From Sphingobium sp. (GTDB taxonomy: Bacteria > Pseudomonadota > Alphaproteobacteria > Sphingomonadales > Sphingomonadaceae): a stretch of 64,000 nt of DNA. This document shows, in pieces, positions 45,942 through 54,574 of this stretch. Position numbers and translations under genes: made by a program. Below the pieces are notes generated by a model that saw nothing but the letters and a program-made list of their open reading frames with translations, was not told the origin of the DNA and did no database searches. Numbering within the stretch: the stretch's first letter is position 1; each line of letters begins with the position of its first letter. The stretch lies in NCBI GenBank assembly GCA_044237945.1, contig JBIIEH010000001.1:116782-180781 (forward strand). The letters run 5' to 3'.

Positions 45942-47531
45942 TCAGCCCTGCCGGATGAATTCGGCCGCCCGTTCTGCGATCATGATCGTCGCAGCATTGG
46001 TGTTGCCGGACACGATGACCGGCATCACCGATGCATCCACGACCCGCAGTCCGCCGATCCCGCGCACCCTCAGCGTCCGGTCCACCACGGCATCCTCGCC
46101 GCCCATCCGGCAGGTGCCGACCGGGTGATAGCCGATATTCGCGCTCTGCCGCACATGGGCTTCCCATGCTGCATCGTCGCTCGGGACTTTGACGGGATAG
46201 TTCGCGCCCACGACATGATCGCTTAGCGGCGGCGTGTCGAACAGACGCGCGATCAGCTTGCCCGTCGCGACCAGCCGCCGCACATCGCGCTCGTCACCGA
46301 GCAGGCGGTGATCGATCACCGGCTTGTCCTCCGGGTCGGCGCTGCGCAGGCGGATTTCGCCCCGACTGTCTGGCCGCATGCTGTTGCCGCCGATGGTGAT
46401 GCCGGGTTGCGGATGCATGCGCGGCTTGCCCGCGCTCATGTCGATCGCCAGCGGCATGAAGCTGATCGACACGTCCGGTTCGACCAGCGCAGGATCGGAT
46501 TTCACCCCCGCCATCACATGCACGGCCGCCGACGCCATCGGCCCGTCGCGGCGGATCAGCCAGCGCAGCAGGTTGCGCCCCAGCGTCCAGGGGCCGGCCG
46601 GACTGTTGTAGGTCGGCACGTCGACCAGCTTGCTCAGCGTCGTGCCGGCATGTTCCTGCAAGTTGCGTCCCACCGGCAGGTCGGCCTGCACGGCGATGCC
46701 CAGTTCCTTCAGATGTGCCGCCGGCCCGATGCCCGATCGCATCAGGATCGCCGGCGATCCGATCGTCCCGGCGCTGACGATCACCTCGCGTGCGCGGATA
46801 TCCTGCGTCTGGCCATGCCGCCGGATGCGCAGCCCCACCGCACGCCCGTTTTCCATCAGCACCCTGTCGACCATGGCCCCGGTCACGACATGCAGGTTGG
46901 TGCGCCCCATCGCGGGCTTGAGGTAAGCGTCGGCCGTGCTGGATCGCCTGCCGTCGCCGGTCGTGGTCAGATTTTCGTACACGCCGAACTGGTCGCCGTC
47001 GCAATAGTCCGTCCGCTTCGGCACGCCCAGCGCAGCAAAGCCATCCATCACCGCATCGACAAGGGCGTGTCGGGCCTTGCCGGGACTGACCCGAAGCGGC
47101 CCCATCGTGCCGTGCAGTTGCGACGGAGGTCCGGAAAAATGCTCGGCCTTCAGATAATAGGGCAGCACATCGTCCCAGGCCCATCCTGCCGCGCCCGCCG
47201 CCACCCAGCGATCATAGTCGCCGCGCTGCCCGCGCACATAGACCATGCCGTTGATCGCGCTCGACCCGCCCAGCATCCGTCCGCCCGACCAGGTGCTCAC
47301 CCGCCCGCCGACGGACGGATCAGGCTCGGTCGGATAGCACCAGTCGGCTCTGGCATGTCCCATCAGCGCAAAGGTGCCCGCCGGCATGTTGACCAGCAGC
47401 CCGTCGCCCTTGCCCCCGGCCTCGACCAGCACGACGCGCAGCCTCGGGTCCTCGGAAAGCCGCGCCGCCAGCACGCAACCCGCGCTGCCGGCCCCGGCGA
47501 TGATGATGTCGGCCTCGACCGGAATGCTCAA
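45942..47531 (-). CDS. GMC-family FAD oxidoreductase (choline/alcohol dehydrogenase-like)
   Basis: ADIIIAGAGSAGCVLAARLSEDP ADP-binding fold and C-terminal GYHPVGTCRMG. I chose the TTG start at 47531, which overlaps the ALDH stop (TTGA). The track ORF start at 47663 overlaps the ALDH. Confidence 0.88.
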   Translation of the reverse strand: MSIPVEADIIIAGAGSAGCVLAARLSEDPRLRVVLVEAGGKGDGLLVNMPAGTFALMGHARADWCYPTEPDPSVGGRVSTWSGGRMLGGSSAINGMVYVRGQRGDYDRWVAAGAAGWAWDDVLPYYLKAEHFSGPPSQLHGTMGPLRVSPGKARHALVDAVMDGFAALGVPKRTDYCDGDQFGVYENLTTTGDGRRSSTADAYLKPAMGRTNLHVVTGAMVDRVLMENGRAVGLRIRRHGQTQDIRAREVIVSAGTIGSPAILMRSGIGPAAHLKELGIAVQADLPVGRNLQEHAGTTLSKLVDVPTYNSPAGPWTLGRNLLRWLIRRDGPMASAAVHVMAGVKSDPALVEPDVSISFMPLAIDMSAGKPRMHPQPGITIGGNSMRPDSRGEIRLRSADPEDKPVIDHRLLGDERDVRRLVATGKLIARLFDTPPLSDHVVGANYPVKVPSDDAAWEAHVRQSANIGYHPVGTCRMGGEDAVVDRTLRVRGIGGLRVVDASVMPVIVSGNTNAATIMIAERAAEFIRQG

Positions 47532-49011
47532 AGCCCGACCCACACATTCTTGGTGCGCAGATATTCGCGGATGCCGTGGATACCGCCCAGCCGCCCCTGA
47601 CCGCTCTGGCCGATGCCTCCGAACGGCGCGGAAATGGGAATGCCGGTGAAGCCGTTCACCCACACATTGCCCGCCACCAGCTTCTTCGCCATGCCGTGCG
47701 CCCGCCGCACGTCGCGGGTCCAGACATAGGCCGCCAGCCCGAATTCGGTCCCGTTGGCGATCGCGACGGCTTCCTCCTCGGTTTCGAACCGGCTGATCGC
47801 CAGCACCGGCCCGAACACCTCATGCTGCGCCAGTTCCGATTGCGGATCGACATCGCAGAACACGGTCGGCTCGATGAAATAGCCTTCCGCCAGCGCCCCG
47901 TCGCCGCGCGATCCGCCGGCGACCAGTCGCCCGCCTTCGCCCGGCGCGCGCTCGATCATGCCCATGATGCGCTTGACCGCGCGATCGTCGATCACCGGCC
48001 CCATGCGCGTCGCCGCATCCATCGGATCGCCCACCGTGACCTGCGCCGCCTGCGCCTTCACCCGCTCGACCACCTCGTCATAGACGCGCGCCTGCACCAG
48101 CAGCCGCGAGGCGTTGATGCAGCCTTGGCCGCTGTTGTTGACGACGCCCGACAGGCTGAACGCATCCAGCGCATCCAGGTCCGCATCGTCGAAGATCACT
48201 GCCGCCGACTTGCCGCCCAGTTCCAGATGCACCGGCGTCATCCGCATGGCCGCCGCGCGCAGAATATGCTGCGCCGTCGTCCCGCTGCCGGTAAAGCTGA
48301 TCTTGTCCACGCCCGGATGCGTGGTCAGCGCCGCGCCCGCTTCCGGCCCCCCGGCACGATGTTGACGACGCCCGCCGGCATCCCGGCCTCCAGCGCCAGA
48401 TCGCCGAAATGCATCGCCGCATAGGGCGCCAGTTCCGGCGGCTTCACCACCACCGTGTTACCCGCCGCCAGCGCCGGCCCCAGCACCATGCCCAGCGCAT
48501 AGACCGGCCCGTTCCACGGAATGATCACCGCGACGATGCCGAACGGCTCGTCCATCGTATAGTCCAGCGCCGGCGCCGGCCAGGTGGCGATCACGTCGCC
48601 GCCGATCTTGTCGCTCCATCCGGCATTGTAGAGGAAGCTGTCCGCCGCGACATGCGGGCCGAACTGCGCCACCGACAGCGGAATGCCGTTGTCGATGACC
48701 GACAGCCGTACCAGTATCTCGGCGTCGCGCTCCAGCAGTTGTGCGAAGCGGATCAGGATGTTGCGCCGCTGGTTGGGCGGCATCTCGGCCCAGGCCGGGA
48801 CGGCGGCCCGCGCCGCCTTCACCGCGGCATCGACTTCCTGCGCACCGGCCAGCGGCACCAGCCCGGTCTGCCTGCCGGTCGCTGCATAGACATGCGCATG
48901 GCTGCCCCCGCTCGCCTCGTACAGGCTCCGCTCCCCGATCAGCAGCCGGGGCCGGGGCAGGATATCGACGGCGGCATCGGCGATCATCGCGGCGCTCCCC
49001 TCAAGAGACAT
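47528..49011 (-). pseudogene. NAD(P)-dependent aldehyde dehydrogenase interrupted by a 1-nt frameshift (or a sequencing error)
   Basis: The N-terminal ORF (48325..49011) ends ...GVVNIVPGG then RKRARR-stop. The C-terminal ORF (47528..48310) continues with VDKISFTGS...ELGGKSA...GQGCINASR. Inserting one C in CCGGGGGGCCGG restores GGPEAGAALTTHPGVDKISFTGS. Confidence 0.85.
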
Positions 49012-49774
49012 GATAGCCCCCGTCCACCGTCAGATGATGGCCGGTGATATAGCTCGCCGCCTCGCTCGCCAGGAACAGGATGGCGCGCGCCTGCTCGATC
49101 GGCTGCGAAATACGGCCCAGCGGAATGCGACCCGGCAGCGTCATCGGCCCCTTGAAGGGCAGGCTTTCCCCCATCGCCTTCGCGCCGCCGCTGGCGGTGC
49201 CGCCGGGCTGGATCGTGTTGATACGAATGCCATGCTCGCCGAACTCGACCGCCGCCGCCCGCGTCATCGCGTCCACGCCCGCCTTGGCCGAGTCATAATG
49301 GGTGTTGTTGAAGATGGTCGGATGATCGGCGCTCACCGACGACACGTTGACGATCGAACCGCCGCGCCCCTGGTCGCGCATGATCTTGATCGCCTCGCGC
49401 ATCATCAGGAAGGTGCCGCGGGTCGTAACCGCATGCATGATATCCCATTCGGATGCCGGCATGGTCATGGTGTCGGCCTTGCGACGATAGGCGGCGACAT
49501 TGGCCAGCACGTCCAGCCCGCCCAGTTCGGCCTTCGCCGTCTCGAAGGTCGCCAGCACCTGCGCCTCGTCCGATATGTCGCACACTGCCCAGGGCGATCC
49601 CGCCGCTTCCGCCGCTTCCCGCACGGCGTCCTCGACGATGTCGACGAACAGGACGCGCGCACCGACCTGGGTGAACAATGTGGCGGTGGCGCGGCCTATG
49701 CCGGACCCGGAGCCGGTGACGATGGCGGTCTTGCCCTCAAGGCCATAGACGGAAAGCGCTTGCGAAGCGGACAT
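49001..49774 (-). CDS. SDR-family oxidoreductase
   Basis: GKTAIVTGSGSGIGRATA Rossmann motif and YDSAKAG catalytic motif. ATG at 49774. Confidence 0.88.
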   Translation of the reverse strand: MSASQALSVYGLEGKTAIVTGSGSGIGRATATLFTQVGARVLFVDIVEDAVREAAEAAGSPWAVCDISDEAQVLATFETAKAELGGLDVLANVAAYRRKADTMTMPASEWDIMHAVTTRGTFLMMREAIKIMRDQGRGGSIVNVSSVSADHPTIFNNTHYDSAKAGVDAMTRAAAVEFGEHGIRINTIQPGGTASGGAKAMGESLPFKGPMTLPGRIPLGRISQPIEQARAILFLASEAASYITGHHLTVDGGYHVS

Positions 49775-49800
49775 GGTAACTCCTGTTTGATAGGATTGGA

Positions 49801-51027
49801 TCAGCGCGTGGTGGCCGGGTCCCAGGCCAGCGGCAGCCGCAGCACGGCGTTCACCATGCCCGCGCCAAAAGTCGGCCGGTCGTCGGGGTCGAGCGCGAAG
49901 TCGGGGATGCGGACCAGCCATTCCTCCAGGAATATGCGCATCTCGCTGCGCGCCAGCGCCGCCCCCGGGCAGCGATGCGCGCCATTGCCGAAGGCGGCAT
50001 AGCTGCGCTCCAGTGCGGGCCGCTCCCAGTCGGCCTCCATCGGGTTCGCGAACTTGCGCTCGTCCATGCCGTGCAACAGCGGGCGCAGGTAGATGCGGTC
50101 ATCCGCCTTGAAGTGGATGTCGCCATAGTCGACATCGCGGGTGATGACGCGCGCGGTAGAGGAGGGGGCGAACATTCGCAGCAGCTCGTCCACCGCATTG
50201 GCGATCAGTTCGGGGCGCTCGACCAGCTCGCGCCTTTTGCCCGGGTTCTCCGCCAGGAACTTGGCGGCAAAGCCCAGCGACGACGCCACGGTGTCCAGCC
50301 CGCCGAACATCAGGTTGCTGGTAATGCTGAGCAGGTCGGGCAGGGGGATCGCGTCGCCGCCCACCTGCGCCGATATGACGGCGCTAAGCAGATCGTCGCC
50401 CGGCTTCGCCCGTCGCGCCTCGATGACGCCCACCATATAGTCGTTCATCGCCAGATGCGCGCGGGTCCGGTCCGCCAGCTGCTTGGGCCGCACCGTCATC
50501 TCGGTCCATTCCAGCAGCTGGTCCAGATCGTCCAGCGGCTGGTCGACCATCTTCATGAAGATGGTGATGGGCAGCTTCATCGAAAAATCGCTGATGAATT
50601 CGCAGCGGCCCGCGCCCTTGAATCCGTCGATCAGGTCGATCGCCAGTAGTCGCGCTTCCTCCTGCAGGGATTTGATCGCGCGTGGCGTGAAGAACTGGTT
50701 CAGGATCGTCCGGTAGCGGGCATGCTCGGGCGGATCCATCTCGATCGGCAGCAGTCGCGGTCGCTCGCCATCGTCCGGCAACACGATCCGCTTCATGGAA
50801 AACGGGTCGTGGTTCTTCTGCATATGCTCGATGTCGGCGGCGCGGGTGGCGATCCAGTGGCCGCCATTGTGCGGCGTCCACACGATGTCGGGTCCATCAT
50901 GCAGCTGCTTCCAGGCCGCGTTCAGATTGTCCTCGCCGCCCGGCGGACGGGTGAAGTCCCAGTCCACCACCAGATGCTCGGGCACATGCGCCGGTCGCGG
51001 CGCCAATGTCTGCTCGGATGCCATCAT
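49801..51027 (-). CDS. cytochrome P450, CYP101-like
   Basis: Heme loop FGNGAHRCPGAALA. N-terminus HVPEHLVVDWDF...VWTPHNGGHWIATR. Confidence 0.92.
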   Translation of the reverse strand: MMASEQTLAPRPAHVPEHLVVDWDFTRPPGGEDNLNAAWKQLHDGPDIVWTPHNGGHWIATRAADIEHMQKNHDPFSMKRIVLPDDGERPRLLPIEMDPPEHARYRTILNQFFTPRAIKSLQEEARLLAIDLIDGFKGAGRCEFISDFSMKLPITIFMKMVDQPLDDLDQLLEWTEMTVRPKQLADRTRAHLAMNDYMVGVIEARRAKPGDDLLSAVISAQVGGDAIPLPDLLSITSNLMFGGLDTVASSLGFAAKFLAENPGKRRELVERPELIANAVDELLRMFAPSSTARVITRDVDYGDIHFKADDRIYLRPLLHGMDERKFANPMEADWERPALERSYAAFGNGAHRCPGAALARSEMRIFLEEWLVRIPDFALDPDDRPTFGAGMVNAVLRLPLAWDPATTR

Positions 51028-51031
51028 GTCC

Positions 51032-51988
51032 TCACCCTCGTTTCTTGTCGTTCAGGTCGTAAAGGCGTCGCGCATTGCCGCCCATCACGGCCGCGCGGTT
51101 GGCGTCGGGCAGCACCGCCAGATAGGCGGCGACCAGCACGTCGAAATCGCAATGCGCCCGGTCCACCGGGAAATTGCTCTCGAACAGGCAGCGCTCCGGC
51201 CCGAAGGCGTTCAGGATATGCGCGACATAGGGCCGCAGTTCGCGCGCGAGTGCCTCCGTGTCCCAGCGCTCCAGTCTCAGCGCGATCCGCCGCGCGTCCA
51301 GCATCGTCCCCGGCGTGACCAGCCCGCCCAGTTTGACCTGCACATTGTCCTGCGCGGACAGGCGCGCCATCGCATCCTGCCATTGCGCAATGGCGTCTGT
51401 CCGCCCCGCCAGCGGTGTCCCGGCATGGTTTAGCACGAACCGACATTCCGGCACGGACTGTGCCAGCGCGGCCAACTCGTCGATCTGCGGATGGTACAAC
51501 CAGACCTCGAACAGCAGGCCGCGCGCCGCCAGAACGCGCGCTGCCTCGACCGCACGCGGATCGCCGAGCATAGCGCGCCATGTCCGCAACTGCGGATAAT
51601 TGAGCGCCTCGTCCGCATCCCACGCGACACACCGCCTTATGCCGCGCAGCCGCTCGCCTGCCACCGCTGCATGCGCGTCCAGCACGGCCTCGAACGGCAT
51701 GTCCGCGAACGGATCGGCATTGACCAATATGCCCGCCGCCAGCTTCACCGGCGCATCGGCATGGGCTGCGCCGATCCCGGCAGCAAAGCGCGTCTCGCCG
51801 ACCGGCCGCAGCGCATCGGGCAAGGCATGGTCATAATGGGTCTGGCATTCGACGAAGACGCTCGCCTCCACCCCGCATCCTTCCGCCAGCGCCAGATAGT
51901 CGTCCGGCAGGAACGGGGTGGCGTGATAGCCCACGCCGCCGCTCCAGAAATGCTGGTGCGTGTCCACGATGGTGCAGGCGGCCGCCAC
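51032..51988 (-). CDS. Amidohydro_2-type metal-dependent hydrolase (LigI/lactonase-like)
   Basis: IVDTHQHFW N-terminal metal motif and LNHAG...ESNFPVD C-terminal motifs. The start is uncertain (GTG at 51988 or GTG at 51967). The upstream half of track ORF 51032..52774 is an out-of-frame overlap with the next P450. Confidence 0.8.
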   Translation of the reverse strand: MAAACTIVDTHQHFWSGGVGYHATPFLPDDYLALAEGCGVEASVFVECQTHYDHALPDALRPVGETRFAAGIGAAHADAPVKLAAGILVNADPFADMPFEAVLDAHAAVAGERLRGIRRCVAWDADEALNYPQLRTWRAMLGDPRAVEAARVLAARGLLFEVWLYHPQIDELAALAQSVPECRFVLNHAGTPLAGRTDAIAQWQDAMARLSAQDNVQVKLGGLVTPGTMLDARRIALRLERWDTEALARELRPYVAHILNAFGPERCLFESNFPVDRAHCDFDVLVAAYLAVLPDANRAAVMGGNARRLYDLNDKKRG

Positions 51989-51990
51989 GA

Positions 51991-53232
51991 TCAGATATCC
52001 CAGACCAGATGCAGCGAATTGACGCCGTTGACCGCGCCGGAATGCGTGACCGGCGGACGTTCCGGGTCCAGCCGGAAATCGGGCATGGCCTTCAGCCATT
52101 CGCGCAGAAACACCTGGATTTCCGCGCGGGCCAGCGGATTTCCGACGCATTTGTGCGCGCCATTGCCGAACGTGTTGTGCGCGGCATTGCGATCGAAATC
52201 GATCTCCAGCGGCCGGTCGTACAGGCGATCGTCCATGCTCGACATGGATATCGGCACCATCACCATCTCGTCCTCTCGGAACGGCACGCCCTTGTAGTCG
52301 AAGTCGCGGGTGATCAGCCGCCCGGTATTGGACAGGCCGAAGCGGCGCAGAAACTCCTCGGTCGCCTGCGGCACGATCTGCGGCTCCTCGATCAGGCGTC
52401 GGCGCTGTTCGGGATGCTCGGCCAGATAGCGGGTGATGAAGGACAGCATGTTGGCGACTGTGTCCAGCCCGCCGAAATAGACCAATATGGCCATGCCGAT
52501 GACTTCGAACTCGCCCTGGAAGCGGGAATTGTCTCGCCACTTCGCGATCTTGCTCAACAGGTCGTCGCCCGGATTGGCATAGCGCTCGTCCAGCACGCGG
52601 TTGAGATAGGCGACGACCTTTTCCTGCGCGCCCAGCTTCTCGCGGGAATCCGTGGAGGTCATGAAGGTCACGCCCCACTCGACGAACTGCTCGCGCTGGT
52701 CGAGCGGCAGGTCGACGATGCCCAGGAACATCACCACCGGCATGATGCGGGCGAAGTCGTTGACGAACTCGCACCGCCCCTTGGGCCGGATCGCCGCGAT
52801 CAGGTCGCGGGTCAGCTGCTCCGCCTGCTCCTGCATCGTGCGGACGCGGGTCGGCGTGAAGAAGGGGTTCAGGATCGCGCGGTAGCGCGCGTGCAGCGGC
52901 GGATCGACCGTCAGCGGCGGCATGCGAATGGGCGAGGAGCCGCGCGGGATCGAAAAGACCTCATGGCTGAAGACCTCGAAATTCTCCTGCACGAACTTCA
53001 CGTCCTCGCCGCGCGTGACGATCCAGTGGCCGCCATTGCACGGGGTCCAGACGATGTCGGGGCCATCGTACAGCCTGTGCCAGGCGGTATAGACATCGCC
53101 CTCCTCGATCCCGGCGGGATGCAGATAGTCGAAATCGACCACCAGTTCGGGCGGCACATGGGCGGGAACCGGCACGCGCTCGTACAGCGCCTGGTGCCGG
53201 GCATAGATATCGGTGGAATCGGCCTCAGCCAT
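51991..53232 (-). CDS. cytochrome P450, CYP101-like
   Basis: Heme loop FGNGAHKCVGNPLA. N-terminus HVPPELVVDFDYL...VWTPCNGGHWIVTRG. I chose the ATG at 53232, 7-8 nt after GAGGAGG. The track start is 53262. Confidence 0.92.
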   Translation of the reverse strand: MAEADSTDIYARHQALYERVPVPAHVPPELVVDFDYLHPAGIEEGDVYTAWHRLYDGPDIVWTPCNGGHWIVTRGEDVKFVQENFEVFSHEVFSIPRGSSPIRMPPLTVDPPLHARYRAILNPFFTPTRVRTMQEQAEQLTRDLIAAIRPKGRCEFVNDFARIMPVVMFLGIVDLPLDQREQFVEWGVTFMTSTDSREKLGAQEKVVAYLNRVLDERYANPGDDLLSKIAKWRDNSRFQGEFEVIGMAILVYFGGLDTVANMLSFITRYLAEHPEQRRRLIEEPQIVPQATEEFLRRFGLSNTGRLITRDFDYKGVPFREDEMVMVPISMSSMDDRLYDRPLEIDFDRNAAHNTFGNGAHKCVGNPLARAEIQVFLREWLKAMPDFRLDPERPPVTHSGAVNGVNSLHLVWDI

Positions 53233-53245
53233 AGGGGGCGCCTCC

Positions 53246-53707
53246 TCAGTTCCGGGGGACATCGTTGTACATTCCGGTGGCGGCGCCGGTCAGGTAGACG
53301 AATTCGCTGTAGATGCCGGTGACGGGGCGGGTGTCGACGTAGAGATAATGGAGCTGCCCATCCATCACCGCACCCTTCATCGGCGTTGCATAGCCGGCCT
53401 GCGCCACCCTCTGGTTGATCGCTTCCCACGCCTGCGCATCGGCCACGCGAAAGCCGTGATGGTGCAACCGGATCGCGGCCGGGTCATCGGGAATATAGCT
53501 CTCGTAGATATCGGGCGCGCCGGGGCGGATCGCGATCAGCTCGATCATGACCGCGCCGATCCAGGCGTGGGCAGACTCCATCACCTCCGACGCCTGTTTG
53601 CGGCGAAAACGAGTGATGCCATGGCTCTCGCCCAGCGCCCGCGTGGCGCGGTCCAGGTCGCGGGCGACGAAGCCCATCTGGTAGAAGCCGTCGAACAGGG
53701 TCGTCAT
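53246..53707 (-). CDS. VOC (glyoxalase/bleomycin-resistance/dioxygenase) family protein
   Basis: 153 aa, MTTLFDGFYQMGFVARDLDRATRAL...HHHGFRVAD. The size and beta-alpha-beta-beta-beta-like pattern fit the VOC fold. This is the in-frame distal part of track ORF 53246..54181. Confidence 0.7.
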   Translation of the reverse strand: MTTLFDGFYQMGFVARDLDRATRALGESHGITRFRRKQASEVMESAHAWIGAVMIELIAIRPGAPDIYESYIPDDPAAIRLHHHGFRVADAQAWEAINQRVAQAGYATPMKGAVMDGQLHYLYVDTRPVTGIYSEFVYLTGAATGMYNDVPRN

Positions 53708-53709
53708 CG

Positions 53710-54396
53710 TCAGGCTACCTGAAAGCCGCCATCGACGACGATGGCCTGGCCGTTGATGTAGCGCCCCGCGCCCGACGCGAGCAGCAGCGCGACCGGGGCC
53801 ACGTCCGCCGGCTCGCCATAGCCCATCGGGAAGCGCTCGGGCCGCACGCCCGGCCCGGTCGGCGGCATGGGGCAGCCCTCGGGAAAGGGATCGGACGGGA
53901 TCGCCCCCACCAGGATCGCGTTCGACTGGATGCCCTCCGCCGCGAAATCCATCGCGAACTGCCGCGTCAGCGCATTCGTCCCCGCCCGCGAGGAGCCATA
54001 AGCGAAATTGCCGTTCAGCACCGGATGCGCGGAGCCGATCGTCGAGATGTTGATGATCCGCCCGCCGCGTCCGTGCGCGCGCATCGCCTGCACCGCGCCC
54101 CGCATCAGCAGATAGGCGCCGCGCACGTTGGTGGCGTGGACCCGGTCCCATTCGTTCATCGTCAGCGTCTCGATCGACCATGGCCCGGTCACCACCGCGC
54201 CGTTCACCAGAATGTCGATGTCGCCATGCTGCGCGAACAGCGCCGCGACGCCCGCTTCGCTGAGGTCGGGTTCCGCCTCGTGCGCAACGGCGGCCTGTGC
54301 TTCACGGAAAATGTCGGCGATGGCATGCGGCACCTTGCCCGCACCGATCACGAGCGCTGCTTTCCCCGCCAATCCGAACAGTGCATCCAAGGCCAC
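53710..54396 (-). CDS. atypical SDR-like protein (degenerate cofactor motif, Tyr-x3-Arg)
   Basis: LAGKAALVIGAGKVPHAIADIF replaces TGxxxGIG. NGAVV, NISTIGS and YGSSRAG (Arg where the catalytic Lys is expected). C-terminal NGQAIVVDGG is SDR-typical. Confidence 0.7.
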   Translation of the reverse strand: MALDALFGLAGKAALVIGAGKVPHAIADIFREAQAAVAHEAEPDLSEAGVAALFAQHGDIDILVNGAVVTGPWSIETLTMNEWDRVHATNVRGAYLLMRGAVQAMRAHGRGGRIINISTIGSAHPVLNGNFAYGSSRAGTNALTRQFAMDFAAEGIQSNAILVGAIPSDPFPEGCPMPPTGPGVRPERFPMGYGEPADVAPVALLLASGAGRYINGQAIVVDGGFQVA

Positions 54397-54442
54397 AGAC
54401 TCTCCTTTCCCGGCAACATCCCCGACTTCATCGAGTCAGTGG

Positions 54443-54464
54443 ATAAGAAACATGTCTTACATTG
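54443..54464. promoter_or_regulatory. 22-bp candidate TetR operator, site 1
   Basis: ATAAGAAACATGTCTTACATTG is 20/22 identical to 55331-55352. It lies in the 178-bp region between the divergent operon and tetR. Confidence 0.6.
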
Positions 54465-54480
54465 TCAGAGGAGGGAGCGT

Positions 54481-54516
54481 ATGAGCAGTCCCGCGATCAT
54501 CTCATCGCCTATGTGA
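54481..54516 (+). CDS. possible 11-codon leader peptide (MSSPAIISSPM) upstream of tetR
   Basis: The ATG lies 6 nt after a strong SD (GAGGAGGGAG). A hairpin plus T-run follows. Speculative. Confidence 0.2.
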   Translation: MSSPAIISSPM

Positions 54517-54524
54517 TCGCGCGC

Positions 54525-54548
54525 GCCGCCACGGCGGCTCTTTCTTTT
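54525..54548 (+). terminator. attenuator-like hairpin plus T-run in the tetR leader
   Basis: GCCGCC-ac-GGCGGC followed by TCTTTCTTTT. A second GCCGCC at 54552-54557 offers an alternative pairing. Confidence 0.3.
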
Positions 54549-54574
54549 GGGCCGCCGGCGATTATGGAGGAGGC

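Noticed and set aside
48343-48354. Programmed ribosomal frameshift or transcriptional slippage as the explanation for the split ALDH
   Set aside because: A +1-type correction would be required, and I see no recognised slippery heptamer or downstream stimulatory structure. A homopolymer indel (a real mutation or a sequencing error) is the simpler explanation.
51989-52774. Upstream half of track ORF 51032..52774, which would make a 580-aa protein
   Set aside because: This part overlaps the P450 gene 51991..53232 in another frame and is Arg/Pro/Gly-rich. The amidohydrolase domain begins at the ...VDTHQHFW motif, so I trimmed the CDS to about 51988.
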